From: Ptychomitrium polyphyllum
Taxonomy: Eukaryota
DNA: 64,000 nt
Assembly: GCA_973851085.1 (NCBI GenBank)
Contig: OZ316776.1
Span: forward strand, 14,632,001 to 14,696,000
Direction: 5' to 3'
Shown: piece by piece, positions 37,044-49,935 of the stretch
Numbering within the stretch: the stretch's first letter is position 1
Layout: every line of letters starts with the position of its first letter
Position numbers and translations under genes: made by a program
The notes under the pieces: model-generated
Databases searched by the model: none
What the model was told of the DNA's origin: nothing
Seen by the model: only the letters and a program-made list of their open reading frames with translations

Positions 37044-39104
37044 CATACCGATGCACGAGACCATACTCACGCGCACGCACACGCCTAGTGTCCAACTGAA
37101 CTACCCACCTGAGACTCTGACTACCGTACTCCTTGACGTAACTTATCGTAACTTACACGCAACGAACGATCCACAATTGGCGCCAGGACCACGAGAGTGC
37201 ACAGCGTCCAACGCAAAACCGCCACATACACGCAATCATCAACATGCACACAGCAAGTGACTCATTTTCTAATGCCATGCAGGGTCGATTGCAATGCTGC
37301 ACAGCGATGCTGCTCTGGAGGCGGCGCCCTGACAAAGGAAATTTAGGAATTCCTTGTTCGTAAGGGCATGATTGCTTCCAGAAAAGGTTGGCCGGGGCAC
37401 TAGATTCTGTTCCTGGGGCACTGTACACTGTACACAATATACTGTACGCTGTTGGAGGGAGGCAGTGTTTGTGACTGGGAAGGGAAGCGAAGGAAGGGAA
37501 TGGAATCCATGGCCCCTAACCCACGCTGGGGCACATGAGCGGTGAGGAGGGTTTTGGGAGCAGGTGCTTACTGAAAGGGGTAAATGTTTTAGCTTGGCAG
37601 GCTGGGTCAAAAGCACAGGAACAGGGGGGAGAGTGTGCCTGGAGCAGGTGGTTACTGGGAAAGGATAAGTGGGGTCCAGGTGAGGTGAGGTCAGGGGGGG
37701 CAGGGTCCTTCGTTAGGCATTTTAATTGGCATGGCGGAAGTTTTTCCAGCGTTATATTCTTTAGCAGCTGGAGCAAGGCACCTTCATGCAGAGAAAATTA
37801 AAGAAAATAACCGCGGTGTGGGGCTTTCTGTAGATTAAGTGGGAGAAATCGCCAAGGGTGTTGGCGTGGTCCTTGGAAGTATTTACTGGGGACCTTGTGC
37901 ATGCATGTTAACTCCGGTGCTGAGGGGGGCTAACGAACTGTGCAAGCGTCTCATTGGGCGAAATCAAGGAAGCTCATGCTATGTGTTTTACGCTTGGCAT
38001 CGTAGAACTTTCACACTTTTGAATGTATTTGTGGAGTTGATTTGGAAATGGACCCTTTTCCCATTGAACAACCCACCCATGACCTTATTTCACATGACCT
38101 TTTAGAGAAGTGAAACTTGCCCGTGGTTGCTTAAGGCATCTTTTGAAACATCTTTTAAGACATTGTGGTATTCTATAAACCATTTTAATCTACCATGATT
38201 TTTTTGGTGCTATTTTTTTCTTGAACTCATTTATGTTTGTGATTAGAACATATATTTCAATATAAGAGTGTTTCATCAATTGTTGATTGGAATTATATAT
38301 GAATCTTCACAACTTTATGAGAAATGTTGCATCTATTATATATATTAAGGACATTTAACAATATTCACATTTACGTTTAAACTTTGATGATAAAGTTGTT
38401 TGATATAGATACTTGTGAATATTCTTAAATATTTGAAAGACTTAACTTTTGTTTCAATAATGTAAAAAATCAAATATAAATTGTATTGCACACAATTCAT
38501 ATATGTAGTAGCAAGCGGTTTTTAATTAAAAATAAAATTTAATAACATGGATTTATAAATGGCCATTTGTTTTTATTTGTGTTACATATTAAGTTTGTCA
38601 TCAAATGTTTAATCCTATAAGAAGAAGGAACAATTGTTAACTTGTAATTAGTTGAAAGTCTTCAAATCATATTAAAAATTCATGACTTTGTTGGTGCAAA
38701 TTGAATTTGATTTAATAATTTGAAAATGAAAATTTACATAAAAAGAATGTTTTTAGTTGTCATCATCAAATATATAAAAAGAAATTCTTGATATTCAAAA
38801 CAAAAATGAGTTGCTATAATTTCAAACATTCATCTCTACTTTGGAATACAAGTAATCAATTGTAAATGATATTATATACATGTACTCACATATGGATTAA
38901 AGCAAGAAGTAAAATCAATAACTTGAATTCTTGCATGACTTTCATCTTCATTATAGCAAGCATTTTTGAAATGGTGAAAGCAAAAGTCTACAAAACTATC
39001 ATATAAAGTGATTTATTAAAGTATTTCAATGATTATTAGACAAATATAATATAAATTTTATAAATACAATTGTAAATTTTTTACATAAGTTCATTGACAT
39101 AATT

Positions 39105-39290
39105 TAACACAATATTTTTGAAAATGTTACATGGCATATAAAATGTCATTAATGATGTTTGCACAAATACCAATAAGACCAACTTGAAAAATATTTCATA
39201 TATAAAGGATTTATATTGATAATTCATTCATTAAAACTAAGAAAACAATATCACATACAAATTTGACATTTTCATGTATACAACGTTCAG
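39105..39290 (+). repeat. Dispersed AT-rich repeat, copy 2 (homologous to about 9295-9480)
   Basis: Same colinear words as copy 1. Confidence 0.7.
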
Positions 39291-41838
39291 TTTTTGTATT
39301 GGCTAAACACTACTTTATCCCACTCAGAACTTTGATATAAAACATTTATTATTTTGAAAAAATACAATCATGTGTCAGAAAAATACAACACGTGTTAGAT
39401 TTTGTTAGATTTGATTAGTTTGGACTTATTAAATTATGCAAGTATGATACAGTACATAACCAGTTGTTCTATATAAAAATACAATAAGCTTCTGAGGTCA
39501 CAGGTTAACAACAGAATGTCGTAAAACCAAAACAATAGGGATAGAACCGAAAGGACATTCCCATGCAGTGCTAAATTCTGACCCCCTAACATCATACACG
39601 TCATTAATTGGAATTTTCACCAATGACAATGCTCCATCCACAATAACCTCCAAGATCCACAAAACTCTCCCTGTAGGTCTCATCTCCAAAAATTTCCTTG
39701 ATCCCAAGGTAGGAGACTGAGTAACACCACTTTGTTGGAGAGTGCTCCAGTGCCCAGGTTGCATTTGCATGATTATGGAGTTGCCAAAACCGACCAGTTG
39801 AGGATCTCTAGTTCAAATCTTGTGAAAGGTTGCTGCGTATAATGATGGATTGAAAACTGGCTACAACATCTGAAAAGAATTTGTACTAGTTTCCTTGAAA
39901 GAACACAACTGATTCTTTGAGTCATCCATCTTGGTGAAGTCGCTTCGTCGGTAGAATTTCAATATGGCCCCATGCATCGGTGGAATAATCCTCGTGATTC
40001 CTTATCACGGGGTGTTGGCCATAACTGCAATCCTTATTCATAAAAAGACCTCGAAGCTGCGGTCGGATAAATGTTAAATCCTGCAAGGCACTTATCCGAC
40101 CACTTCCAAATTGAGACGACTTAACAGATCACTTCTGATACAAGTGTTTGAAGCATCTTAGAGCATGACGTGATGATGCAGTAGCTGAGCAGGAATGACG
40201 TACTGAAATTGAATATTGAGATAATTGAGAGTTCTCAGGACACTGTTCCTCAATCTTAGCGAATCGTAATCCAAACCTCCATCTATGGATCTTTACTTAA
40301 AGTTAAATGATGAGTGCTTTCATCGCAGCCTCGTCTGCTATAGGCTATTACCACTCCCCATATCCTATCCGTGATGGTGCGGGAGCTATCAACCCTGCCT
40401 AATCCTATCGCTGCCACAGTGGCACCATTTGTGATCATGATTATCAGAGCGCCTGGAGGACTTCCGAGCACTGCCAGCCACAGTTACCGATCGGGCTCAT
40501 CAGTGGCCTAGTGTCAATACAATATTTAATTCCTAATATTAATCATACCTACTCGGCTAGACTGGTAGCTTCTCCTCAACCAGTCGATCTAGTTGCAGAG
40601 CTGATAATTCCCAAGTGGTATATAACTCACGGGACCACTCCTCGTCCTCGTAAGTTAGCGAGGTGCATGATCCTATTAAACTTGGTACTGCAATGTGTCA
40701 AGATCCTTTCAGAGCCTCTTTTTAGTCTGAGTCTGATTCCGAGCTGATACCCGCGTTTACTTGTTCAGACAGGACTCCAGACAAAGAACTTGTAGTCCTC
40801 GAGTCGATGAAGTTGGAGTCTAACCCAATATGGGAGAGTCAGACAGAATGTGGCCACAGGAGCAGAAAATGGTAATATTAATCTGCTAGTTTAATTGCAG
40901 AGTTAGTGTCCCTTGAGAGTGACGCAACTGTCATGTGTGCTCCCCGTGGACTCACAACTGTGTACTATCCGCCCAAAATTCTGCAAATTGTGCGAGCTTT
41001 GAGGAGGCTTTTTCCTTCATTCTCAAACGAGCGGCATGATGTGCAATGTTCATTCGTAATAAGCGAGAGTTACCCAAATACATTCTTGATCGGAGATGTT
41101 CCCTTCATGCAAGGAATTCCATCCAGTTGTGTGATGCATGATACTCTTAATACAATATTTGAAGTCCCGAAGTGTTTGTAGGAGGTAATTGAGTGCTTAT
41201 GAATTAAGGAGTTTGGGTCTGGTAATGATACTACTACTGTATGGGCTGCAGTTATGGATGCAATCCTCTGTGCAGATAATTATGATTCTTAGAGCAGGAG
41301 AATGGCCCAGCTTGCAGATGCATGTATCTTTTGCAGACACATACAGGAGAGTTTTGCCAAAAAATTTCAAATGAGGAGCCTTAAAGGTTGGTGATTATCT
41401 CATAAGCAGTTGTCAACGACGAAGTCATGACGGTGACAAATGTTGGGCATCAGCCAGAAAATGTGATGGTGCAGCTGAATGTGGCTCGTTGTAGAGGTAC
41501 TTTTTCATTGTTGTTGAATCGTATTAATCTACTGATATGGCGAGGTTCTTGATATCAAGTTTGGTTAATATCCTGGATCATCTACTCATTATGGTGGACA
41601 GATCCCAGGGTTTGCGAAGTTAGGAGAACTATGCTAGCAATAATGCTGCGAAAATTCTAGATTTGTGAACCATATTTGTAACAGCAACTCCACTGGGTTG
41701 AGAATTTTCAAGTACCATCTAACTGCATGTTTTAATATGCGCTCATATTTGAAGATGACCAAACATGACTTACATTGAAGTGCGATTTGATAAGTAAATA
41801 ATTCAAACTATTTGGTGTTTCAGTGGAGAAACACTCCT

Positions 41839-41909
41839 AGCCACGCATTCAATCTACTGCAAGTATAAGTTTAAACACCAAATACTTGCAGTAGATTGAA
41901 TGCGTGGCT
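41839..41909. repeat. Perfect 28-bp inverted repeat with 15-nt loop
   Basis: agccacgcattcaatctactgcaagtat (41839-41866) is the exact reverse complement of atacttgcagtagattgaatgcgtggct (41882-41909). Confidence 0.95.
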
Positions 41910-42812
41910 TGTGAATGAGGCACCGCCTTCGTTCTGTATATTGAATGAAACTAATTTGAGACAAGCAAGCTGCACGCTCTCTTGATTATGCACCTGTTTG
42001 AACTTGATACTTCTAAGGGACAATACGTTCACATAATCTGAGGTAGCTTCATATTTTATTACGGTTGTTTTAAATGAATAAAAGCATTTGAAATTCGACT
42101 GTATTATAATTGAAGTTTACAGTCGATTCTAACAAGTCTTATTGATTTTGCATAAATTTGGCTTCTTAAGCTAAAGGAGGTGATGGTGTTTGAAAATTAT
42201 ACTCCATTTTGATGGAATATCATTTATTCTTTTCAAATGAATTCAAGTTAAAGAAAAAAAATCATATGAAATTTAATGTTAAAGTAATTTTTTGAAGTTT
42301 TAGTAATTAATTTTTTCATATGAAATTTCATACGTTTAGAAGTGTTTTGTTTCTTTAAAATAGTTAAATTTAGCTTCCAAAATATACTTTATAGTCCTTC
42401 ATTGTAAAATCTTTTTATTGTGTTGCAAGTTCTTTCAATGGAATTAGTATATGTTTAAGTATTAAGATCTCAAAAGTAGTAATTGTGAATTATTATTTGA
42501 CAAAAATAGTTCAAATAATGCAAGCTCTTTTATATCATGTTTGTACTAATAATTGCTAATAATAATTGTACTTGATTATACATACTTTACAATAATTTCT
42601 TTCAAAGTTTAGTTACTCAATTTGGCTTGAAAGTTAGGACGACCTTCTTTGAATCATGTTTAACGAAGGCCTTTCATTCTTTAATCCTTATTAATATTCC
42701 TTTTGCTTAATTTGTGTTTGTTGATTTCTACTATTTTACTTCTTCACCCTATTGAATCTTTATTTTTACTAATAATTCTTAGTATGCTTATCTTTATAAA
42801 GTAATTGCATTA

Positions 42813-42815
<3 letters not shown>

Positions 42816-42860
<45 letters not shown>
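42816..42860. repeat. (TA)n microsatellite, about 22 units
   Basis: Uninterrupted TA run. Confidence 0.95.
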
Positions 42861-42862
<2 letters not shown>

Positions 42863-43949
42863 TTTCATCAATATTTACATGTGACCATATACAATTTTGG
42901 CTCTTTTGAATGCTAGAACAATACATCAAAATTAATTCTTTTTGAAAATAGACTTTAGATTTTCAAACCACAATTTCTTTTTAAAATTTTAATTTTATGC
43001 ATCCATACAACTACAAAACCACTTAAAGTCATCAAGCCTCCTCTCTTTAATATCTCCCATAGATCTACCACAAGCATCACATTCCATAGTTGAAGGCCAT
43101 GTCTCATGAATCAACATTTTAGAAAAGGCTAAACAATTACTAACTCTAAGATTATAAATTAGTAATCACAAGATTTGTAAATACTAAATAATTTAATCAT
43201 TTTGGAGCTCTAGTTTATAAAAGATTTGTACTACTTCATTGCAACACTTCCTAGATGTTTCAATGGCTTCATACTTCATTAGCTAGTCTTTCAAAGCTTA
43301 TGTAATCTAATAGCTATGAATAGATTTATTATGCAAATCAAATTATTTGTTATAGTTAAAGTACCAATTGATAAAGGTGGTTACAAATGCTAAAGGTCAT
43401 CATCACTTGATTAGATAATGAAGCTATAAAAAGACAATAAAAAGTTGATTAGCTTTGTCATCCATTATCCAAATCTAAATTTTTTTGTATCCATTCTATG
43501 TAAATTTTTACTGTGATACATTTTATACATAATAGAGATTATTTTTTAAAATCTGGTATGTGTGTTGGAGATGCTCTTAGACCGTGTTGAAAAGTTAGGA
43601 ATTTGCAATTCGAGTGAAAGCAAAGTAAGGGGAATAAGCTCCTCGAACATATCCGGGTTGATACCAAGAAAAAGACTTAACAGCAAGTCCAGTAATTCGC
43701 TCTCCAACAAACAGAACCTTGTCCTGTACATTTTCACACGAGGTGCTCTCAAAGGTGGCCACTTGGAACTGAAGCTGCAATCACACTCTCACCCAACCCC
43801 ACACTTTCTTCGCTGCAGGAGCAGCTGAAAGATCATCTCCTCATTACGTGTCGGCTGCTGCACCAGCACACTGCACTCCACTGGGAGTTTTGGAAACATT
43901 TTCTTGCTCATTTCACGTCAGTTTTCATCTTTTCCTGTTCCTGTGCAGT

Positions 43950-43970
43950 GAGAGAGAGAGAGAGAGAGAG
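43950..43970 (+). repeat. (GA)n microsatellite just upstream of the SMUG1 ATG
   Basis: About 10 GA units ending some 50 nt before ATG 44022; GAGA-type element common in plant 5' regions. Confidence 0.85.
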
Positions 43971-44021
43971 TGACAAAGACCTTGCAGCTTTTGCTTCAGT
44001 GAGAGTGAGAGTGGAATCTGA

Positions 44022-46891
44022 ATGTACCATCTTAGAGTTGCTATTCAGTGGTGCCACTGCTCTGCCTTTGTATATGGGCGCAAGCAGCTGAGGATGACAT
44101 CGGCAGCTACATACACCCGGAAACGAAGACTAGACGCGGTGCCTAGCACCTTAGAGGTTGCATCTGTAGATGTGAAAGACGAGTTTGTAGAGTTTCGTCA
44201 TGTGGGAGTGGTGACGAAGCCGGAACCTACGCTGAGATGGGGCAGGAAGGTGAATAAGGAGGAAGAGGGATTATGTGTTGGGGTACACAAGGACGCAGGC
44301 ATTGGGAAAGTTGAGAATCACAGGAGTGAAGGCGTCGGTGGGAGAGAAGTCAAGTCTAAAGTTGGGGCTGATGATCTATCAGGAGAGGTATTTTTTGTAT
44401 TTCTACTTTTTGTCGGGTGAATCAGGTTTCCATGGCTTTGTATAGTTTACTTGTGAAATGAACTAGGGCTCTGTTGTGTTGCAATAGTTTGCTGGTTAGC
44501 TCCAGAGTTTTCAGTGCTACTCTCCTTCTAGATATTTGGTCTCAAGGCTCAATACACAGTTGGTGAAGGCCTCCAAACTGATTGTATGATTACAGGGAGG
44601 GTGTGAAGCTTTGCTCATGGCTATGGATGATATGGTGGCGGCCCTTGCCCCACTTAGTTTCAAGGCGCCAGTCGCATTTGTGTAAGTTTTTCGTGCAGGT
44701 CATAGTCTCGTTTCTCTATCTGCTCAGGCTATGCGTTTTTCAGAAGCCTCAAAAGCCATCCAAATATGATATCACCATGAGAGTGCGTTCAAAAAAATTA
44801 TAGGGGTTAGGGTTTTAGGATGCTTTCCGCTCCTCAGTCCCTTCCTACTTGAGGGTTTTATTTCTTACGGCTTTCTGTTCATCAATATCTAGAGATTTCG
44901 CTTCTTGATTACTGTATTAATGTAATCTAGATATGAAATGTCACCGATGAGGTACTAGGAAAACGTTCACCGAGTGATGGCTAAGCTCTAGTCTCATCTG
45001 TCCAGATATAATCCACTTGAATACGCTAGGAAACCTCATGAAGAGTATGTGCGAAAATATGGTACGTCTTTTTCTCGAAGCTACCAATCTTCTATTGCAG
45101 CTTACTTTTACTTGGGATTCTGAACTTTGCACGTGGTTTTAAAATGTGGTTACTGCTGGTTTCCCTAGAGTTTGACTTGAGGAATCCTTACATTTTTACC
45201 TCCCATGGTGTTGGAATTACAGGGGGTAAGAAAATAGACGTCTTGCTTGTGGGCATGAATCCAGGACCGTTTGGGATGGCTCAGGTCTGGCTTGGTCATC
45301 TGGCTCTTCTACAGACTTGTTATGATTATATATTAAATGCCAAATTCCCAGTTTTCGATAGAAATTTAAAAATTCTGATCCAATCGTGGTTTGTGAATGT
45401 ATTAAGACAGGAGTACCATTTGGAGACAGTGTTCTTGTTCGCGATTTTCTTCACATAACAAGTGAGGTATAGATTGATTGAGTCTTTTATCTTAATCTAC
45501 TGTTTTTTTGATGGATCCACCTGATATATGATGTAGCTGACTGGATTGGGGTGCAATGCAGGTTGAACACCCAAAAGAAATGCATCCTAAGAGACCTATT
45601 ATTGGGCTAAAATGCCCTCGCCGTGAGGTTGTACCCTACCCTCTGATTGTTAGAAGACTGCTTTATTATTATTTTGATAAGCTTATGACCTGGATAACAT
45701 TAGTGTAGTCTTCTTGAGTTTCAGTATTCCAGTATGAAGCGTTTTTTTACACCATGTCATCGATATTATCTGCGGAATCTCAAGTGTGACCAGCACATAT
45801 GACCTTCATCTGAGTAGTTATAATCTTTTCGGCTTGTTACAAGTTGTCATGAGAAGGTTTCTTGATTTTTCTTTGAATTTAAGGATATCTGTCATGAGCA
45901 GGTGAGTGGACAAAGGTTATGGGGCTGGGCACAGACTCGCTTTGGCACAGCCAGTGCATTTTTGGATCGCTTTTGGATCCACAACTATTGCCCCCTTATG
46001 TTTATGGAGCCTTCGGGCAAGTAAGAAAACTATTCAGTCATGCTCTTTTACTTGCCTTAGCAAGTTTGGTATTAGGGTTATTCATAACCTTGACCCTCTT
46101 CTCACCCAGTTAGTTGTGATCCCACCTCCTCCTTCACCTCATTTTTGTTTATGATTGAAACCTACATTCTAGTAAATGTAAGTTTCGCCTACTTTTGATC
46201 AACTCTCCTATGATGTGGAGTTGAAAGTAGATACTCACCTCCTTTCACAGTTACTCCCCAGTATTCACAAATTTTGAGTTATTGTCTATCACGTAAATGG
46301 TCAGATGCTCATCATCTTAGGGCTACAGGAAAAATTGAAGTTTCTTACTATGTGTTCCATAGCAGTAGTGTAGTGCTTGATGTACGGATTTCTGACGCAG
46401 AGTGTTATTCCAGAAATCGCACTCCAGACAAGTTGCCTAGTACTGAGAGAGCTTCAATTACGAATATTTGTAACGAAGCTCTTCGCTCTGTTATTAGTGT
46501 GACAAATCCCCGTTTAATCGTGGGTATAGGTCAGTGCTGTCATTTCTAGCCACTTCTTCTGGGGTTCTGTGTATAAAGTAACCGTGATATGTTGCAATAG
46601 TCATTCAAAGAAGTGCCTAAACATTTTGGCTATCTTTTTTACTATCATTTTGGACAAGTTCTTTTTTGCTCAAAATTTGCTGTGTGCCTGCTACAACTAC
46701 TGTAGTCACACGTTTTCTGGATGGATGTGTGAGATGCAGGGAATTATGCTGGTGAAAGAATCAAACAATGTGCTCCTCCTGGGGTTCAGGTGGGGCATAT
46801 TATGCATCCAAGTCCCGCTAATCCGAAGGCTAATAAGGATTGGGACAAACTTATTGAAGCTCAATTGCGCGCTTTGGGCGTGGATATATAA
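44022..46891 (+). CDS. SMUG1: SMUG1-family (family 3) uracil-DNA glycosylase, about 360 aa, 9 exons (44022-44387, 44596-44681, 45006-45061, 45223-45284, 45407-45466, 45562-45627, 45902-46020, 46414-46529, 46740-46891)
   Basis: The spliced frame (1083 nt, all GT-AG) gives [64 protein letters not shown]...GKNRTPDKLP and HPSPANPKANKDW, which are the diagnostic SMUG1 motifs. Confidence 0.92.
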
Positions 46892-49800
46892 TCGACTATG
46901 ATGATTCCGGTGGACAGGTGTTTTCGGAGGACATGGAAGTGTTACGGGGTTCGTGCATAGCCAGTGATTCAGGTATAGAAATTCTGCTTCTCGCCAACCT
47001 CCAACCACTGTCTTCAGTGTACTCGACTGCTGAGCAGGTCTTGTGCAAGTGCACCTTTGATATGGTTAAGTTGTGTTCAATAGATGAAATTACATAATTG
47101 TTCAACGTGTGTTTTTCTGATATCACATGGTACCATTAGCTCTAGGTTACATTCATATCTTTTTGATGTTAGTCTCAATTCATTAACCAAGAGAGGTCGT
47201 ATGATTTTTGCAGGTATCATTCTGCAAGATCTTGCATGTAATGCTCACCCCTAATTCATGAAATCCTTAAGTTGACTTGATTTTATACCAAAGGCAGTTT
47301 TCAATTGGTTATCATCCATCTGTTCGAATTGCAATGGAAATGTACAATGATCTATCATATGTCAAAATGCTTACGATATTTATGAAGGGCTGATGAGGTG
47401 CCTTTCAAATCCTAAATTGCACTGCTACAAGTCATAGGTGAATCTGGAACACATTGGTTCTAATCATGATAAGTTTCTGCACAGCTCCGACTCGCATAAA
47501 AATTATCTATTGTGATAACCACCAGGCACTCTATGACAGCCATGGCTAAAACAAGTTAGAGTGGCTTCTTAGAGTAGGTGCGCCGCAGTTGGAAGAAAAC
47601 GCTGGATCTCGTCCTGATTTCTTTTCCTGGTTGTCGCTCATGTCCTTTGTCTTCGTTGCAGATCGTGGTCTGGAAGGTTTCAACGCAACACCATTTTCGT
47701 CTCAAAGGCAGGTCTGTGTATGCCGGGGCTGAAAGTTGTCACTTACTTTTGCAGATTCCAAAACTCTGCCCCTGGTGTGAGGGGTGGCTATTAATAAGGC
47801 TTTCAGGTGCAAAACTTGACCAGAGACATAAAGCTGTCTGTTGGAGCTTATCCAGAGTAAACAATGATGTGGGCGCCACCCACATTATGCACGAAAGCGT
47901 GTCACCCATGTGGGCTTGTACGTGCATTTCCTCCCCATACGGAATTAAACTTACCACTCCTCTCCTTTTAAAAATCGTGGTGCACAACCAGTGCCACCTA
48001 CTCCACTTTTATTTGGGAAGTAATCATGCTAGCTCAGCATTATGCTCGTTTTCTTTTTTTAAGTTTTCTTGGGACACCAGTGCGTTCCATATCAAATCTA
48101 CTGGAGGTCAGTGCTAATCTGCTGTAATATTGAGCTGGTTCACAACTTGATTTCTAGCAATTTTGCTTGGCTGTTGGGACGTACATAGTACTATTTAGCT
48201 GAACAATTCTGCACCGTAATGAAGTGTTCTAGAGTGTTGTTCCATATTTTCAAAGTGCAAAACATTGTAGTTTGTTGTAGTAGTGGTACAAGATTATTTA
48301 GGTGAAGAATGTTATGGTAGACATATAGTATTAAGTAAAATGGACTTACAACTATGAATGTACCCTACAGTCTTACTAAACTCTTTAATATTGATCAAAG
48401 GTCATATGTTATATTATGTTTGTACAAAATTGTTTATTTGTTTATTTATCAAAAAAAATTGTTTGTATACAAATTTAATTTGAATATTGTTACCTTGATT
48501 CTTGAGCTAACATGATTCATGAGTAGGTATGAAATTTATAAAATTTATTAATCTTTATAGTCTTATCCTCTAAGTCTTTAAAATCCTACCTTTAATTAAA
48601 ATTTCATATTCACCTTAAAATCAATTGAAGTTAGAATATCCCAATGAAAGTTCTACTTGTTTCAATTTGGTTTAAAATTTGACAACCTTTAATTCCAAGT
48701 TATTTAAGTGCTTTTGATAATTTAATATCAATTTGGAATTGGTATTAAAGAATATATGTTTTATGTAACATATTAATAATTTCCTTCAATTAACAAGAAG
48801 TATAAGCAATTGAATACATCATGCATGCTCTTTTAGGCTTTAATTGTAGATACATTTTATTTGGCTAAATGTGCCATTTGTACATAAATTTAAAATACTA
48901 TTATAAAAATATTTTATCAACCATATATAAATAAAATTTTAATATGTATAAATTTGATATCTTTGTTTTTGATAAATTTGTTCATTTTTGAATAAAACTT
49001 TATAATTTGGAAAGAAATTAATGTACGTAATATTATTAAGCAATAATGGTTTAGCTATTATATTAATTATTGTCATTATAATTAATATCAATGACAAAAT
49101 AATTTATAGTAATTGTACAATTAAACAAAGTGTTATAAACATCAATTGAAAATTTTAACATTAGTTGTATTAATGTGGTATATATTGTGGCTTATAATAA
49201 TATATAATAATATGAAATTTAATGTATATAAAACTACAATAAAATATATTTATAAGAATATTTTGAAAAGTCATTAAATAAATATCATATTTTAATCAAT
49301 TCTAATTTTATAATTTTTTTTGTAAGTAATTTTATTATCATGTAAATTTGAATATTTTATTATAATTAATACAAAAATTAGAATAAAACCTCACACTAAT
49401 ATTAAATTTTTATATTTGGCAATAATTGGTGTTGTATGTATTATAAAATTATTCTACATAGTATAATTACATATTATTACAATTCATGTAGATTTTCTAT
49501 TAAATGCTTTAATTAATATAAGTTAATTTATTAATCCAAAAGTTCATATTTTTTGAAATATTTCTATGGCAGTCATTACATCTTCAATGAGATAGCATCT
49601 AATGCAATTTTTGTATATTTTTTTTCTTAAAAAATTAAAATTATAAAAGTTATACTATAAACAATAAACATTAAATAACAAGCATTAAAAAATAAACAAC
49701 AAATAATAAATAATAATAAGTTTTTTGAATAAAATATTAAAAAATAAAATTGAATTTATAAGTGCAAACCAACTGATACACAAATATTATCAATTGAAAG

Positions 49801-49935
49801 ATAAACAAGACTAGACCATAAGGTTTATATATTAATCTAAAAAAAAATTACCTTTAATAAATGAAACTGGCTCTACTTATCGTCCATCAATTCATTTAAT
49901 TGTCTTCTTATACTACTATAAATCCTCTTATTTAT

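Noticed and set aside
37153..37801. Overlapping ORFs in a GC-rich patch
   Set aside because: No domain signal; better explained as the promoter/5' region of the F-box gene.
44800..44820. Telomere-like tagggg-ttaggg-ttttagg, plus single aaaccctaa words elsewhere
   Set aside because: Only 1-3 imperfect units; common telo-box-like words, not an interstitial telomere array.
47578..48117. 179-aa ORF downstream of SMUG1
   Set aside because: GTG start, no motifs, no supporting exon structure.
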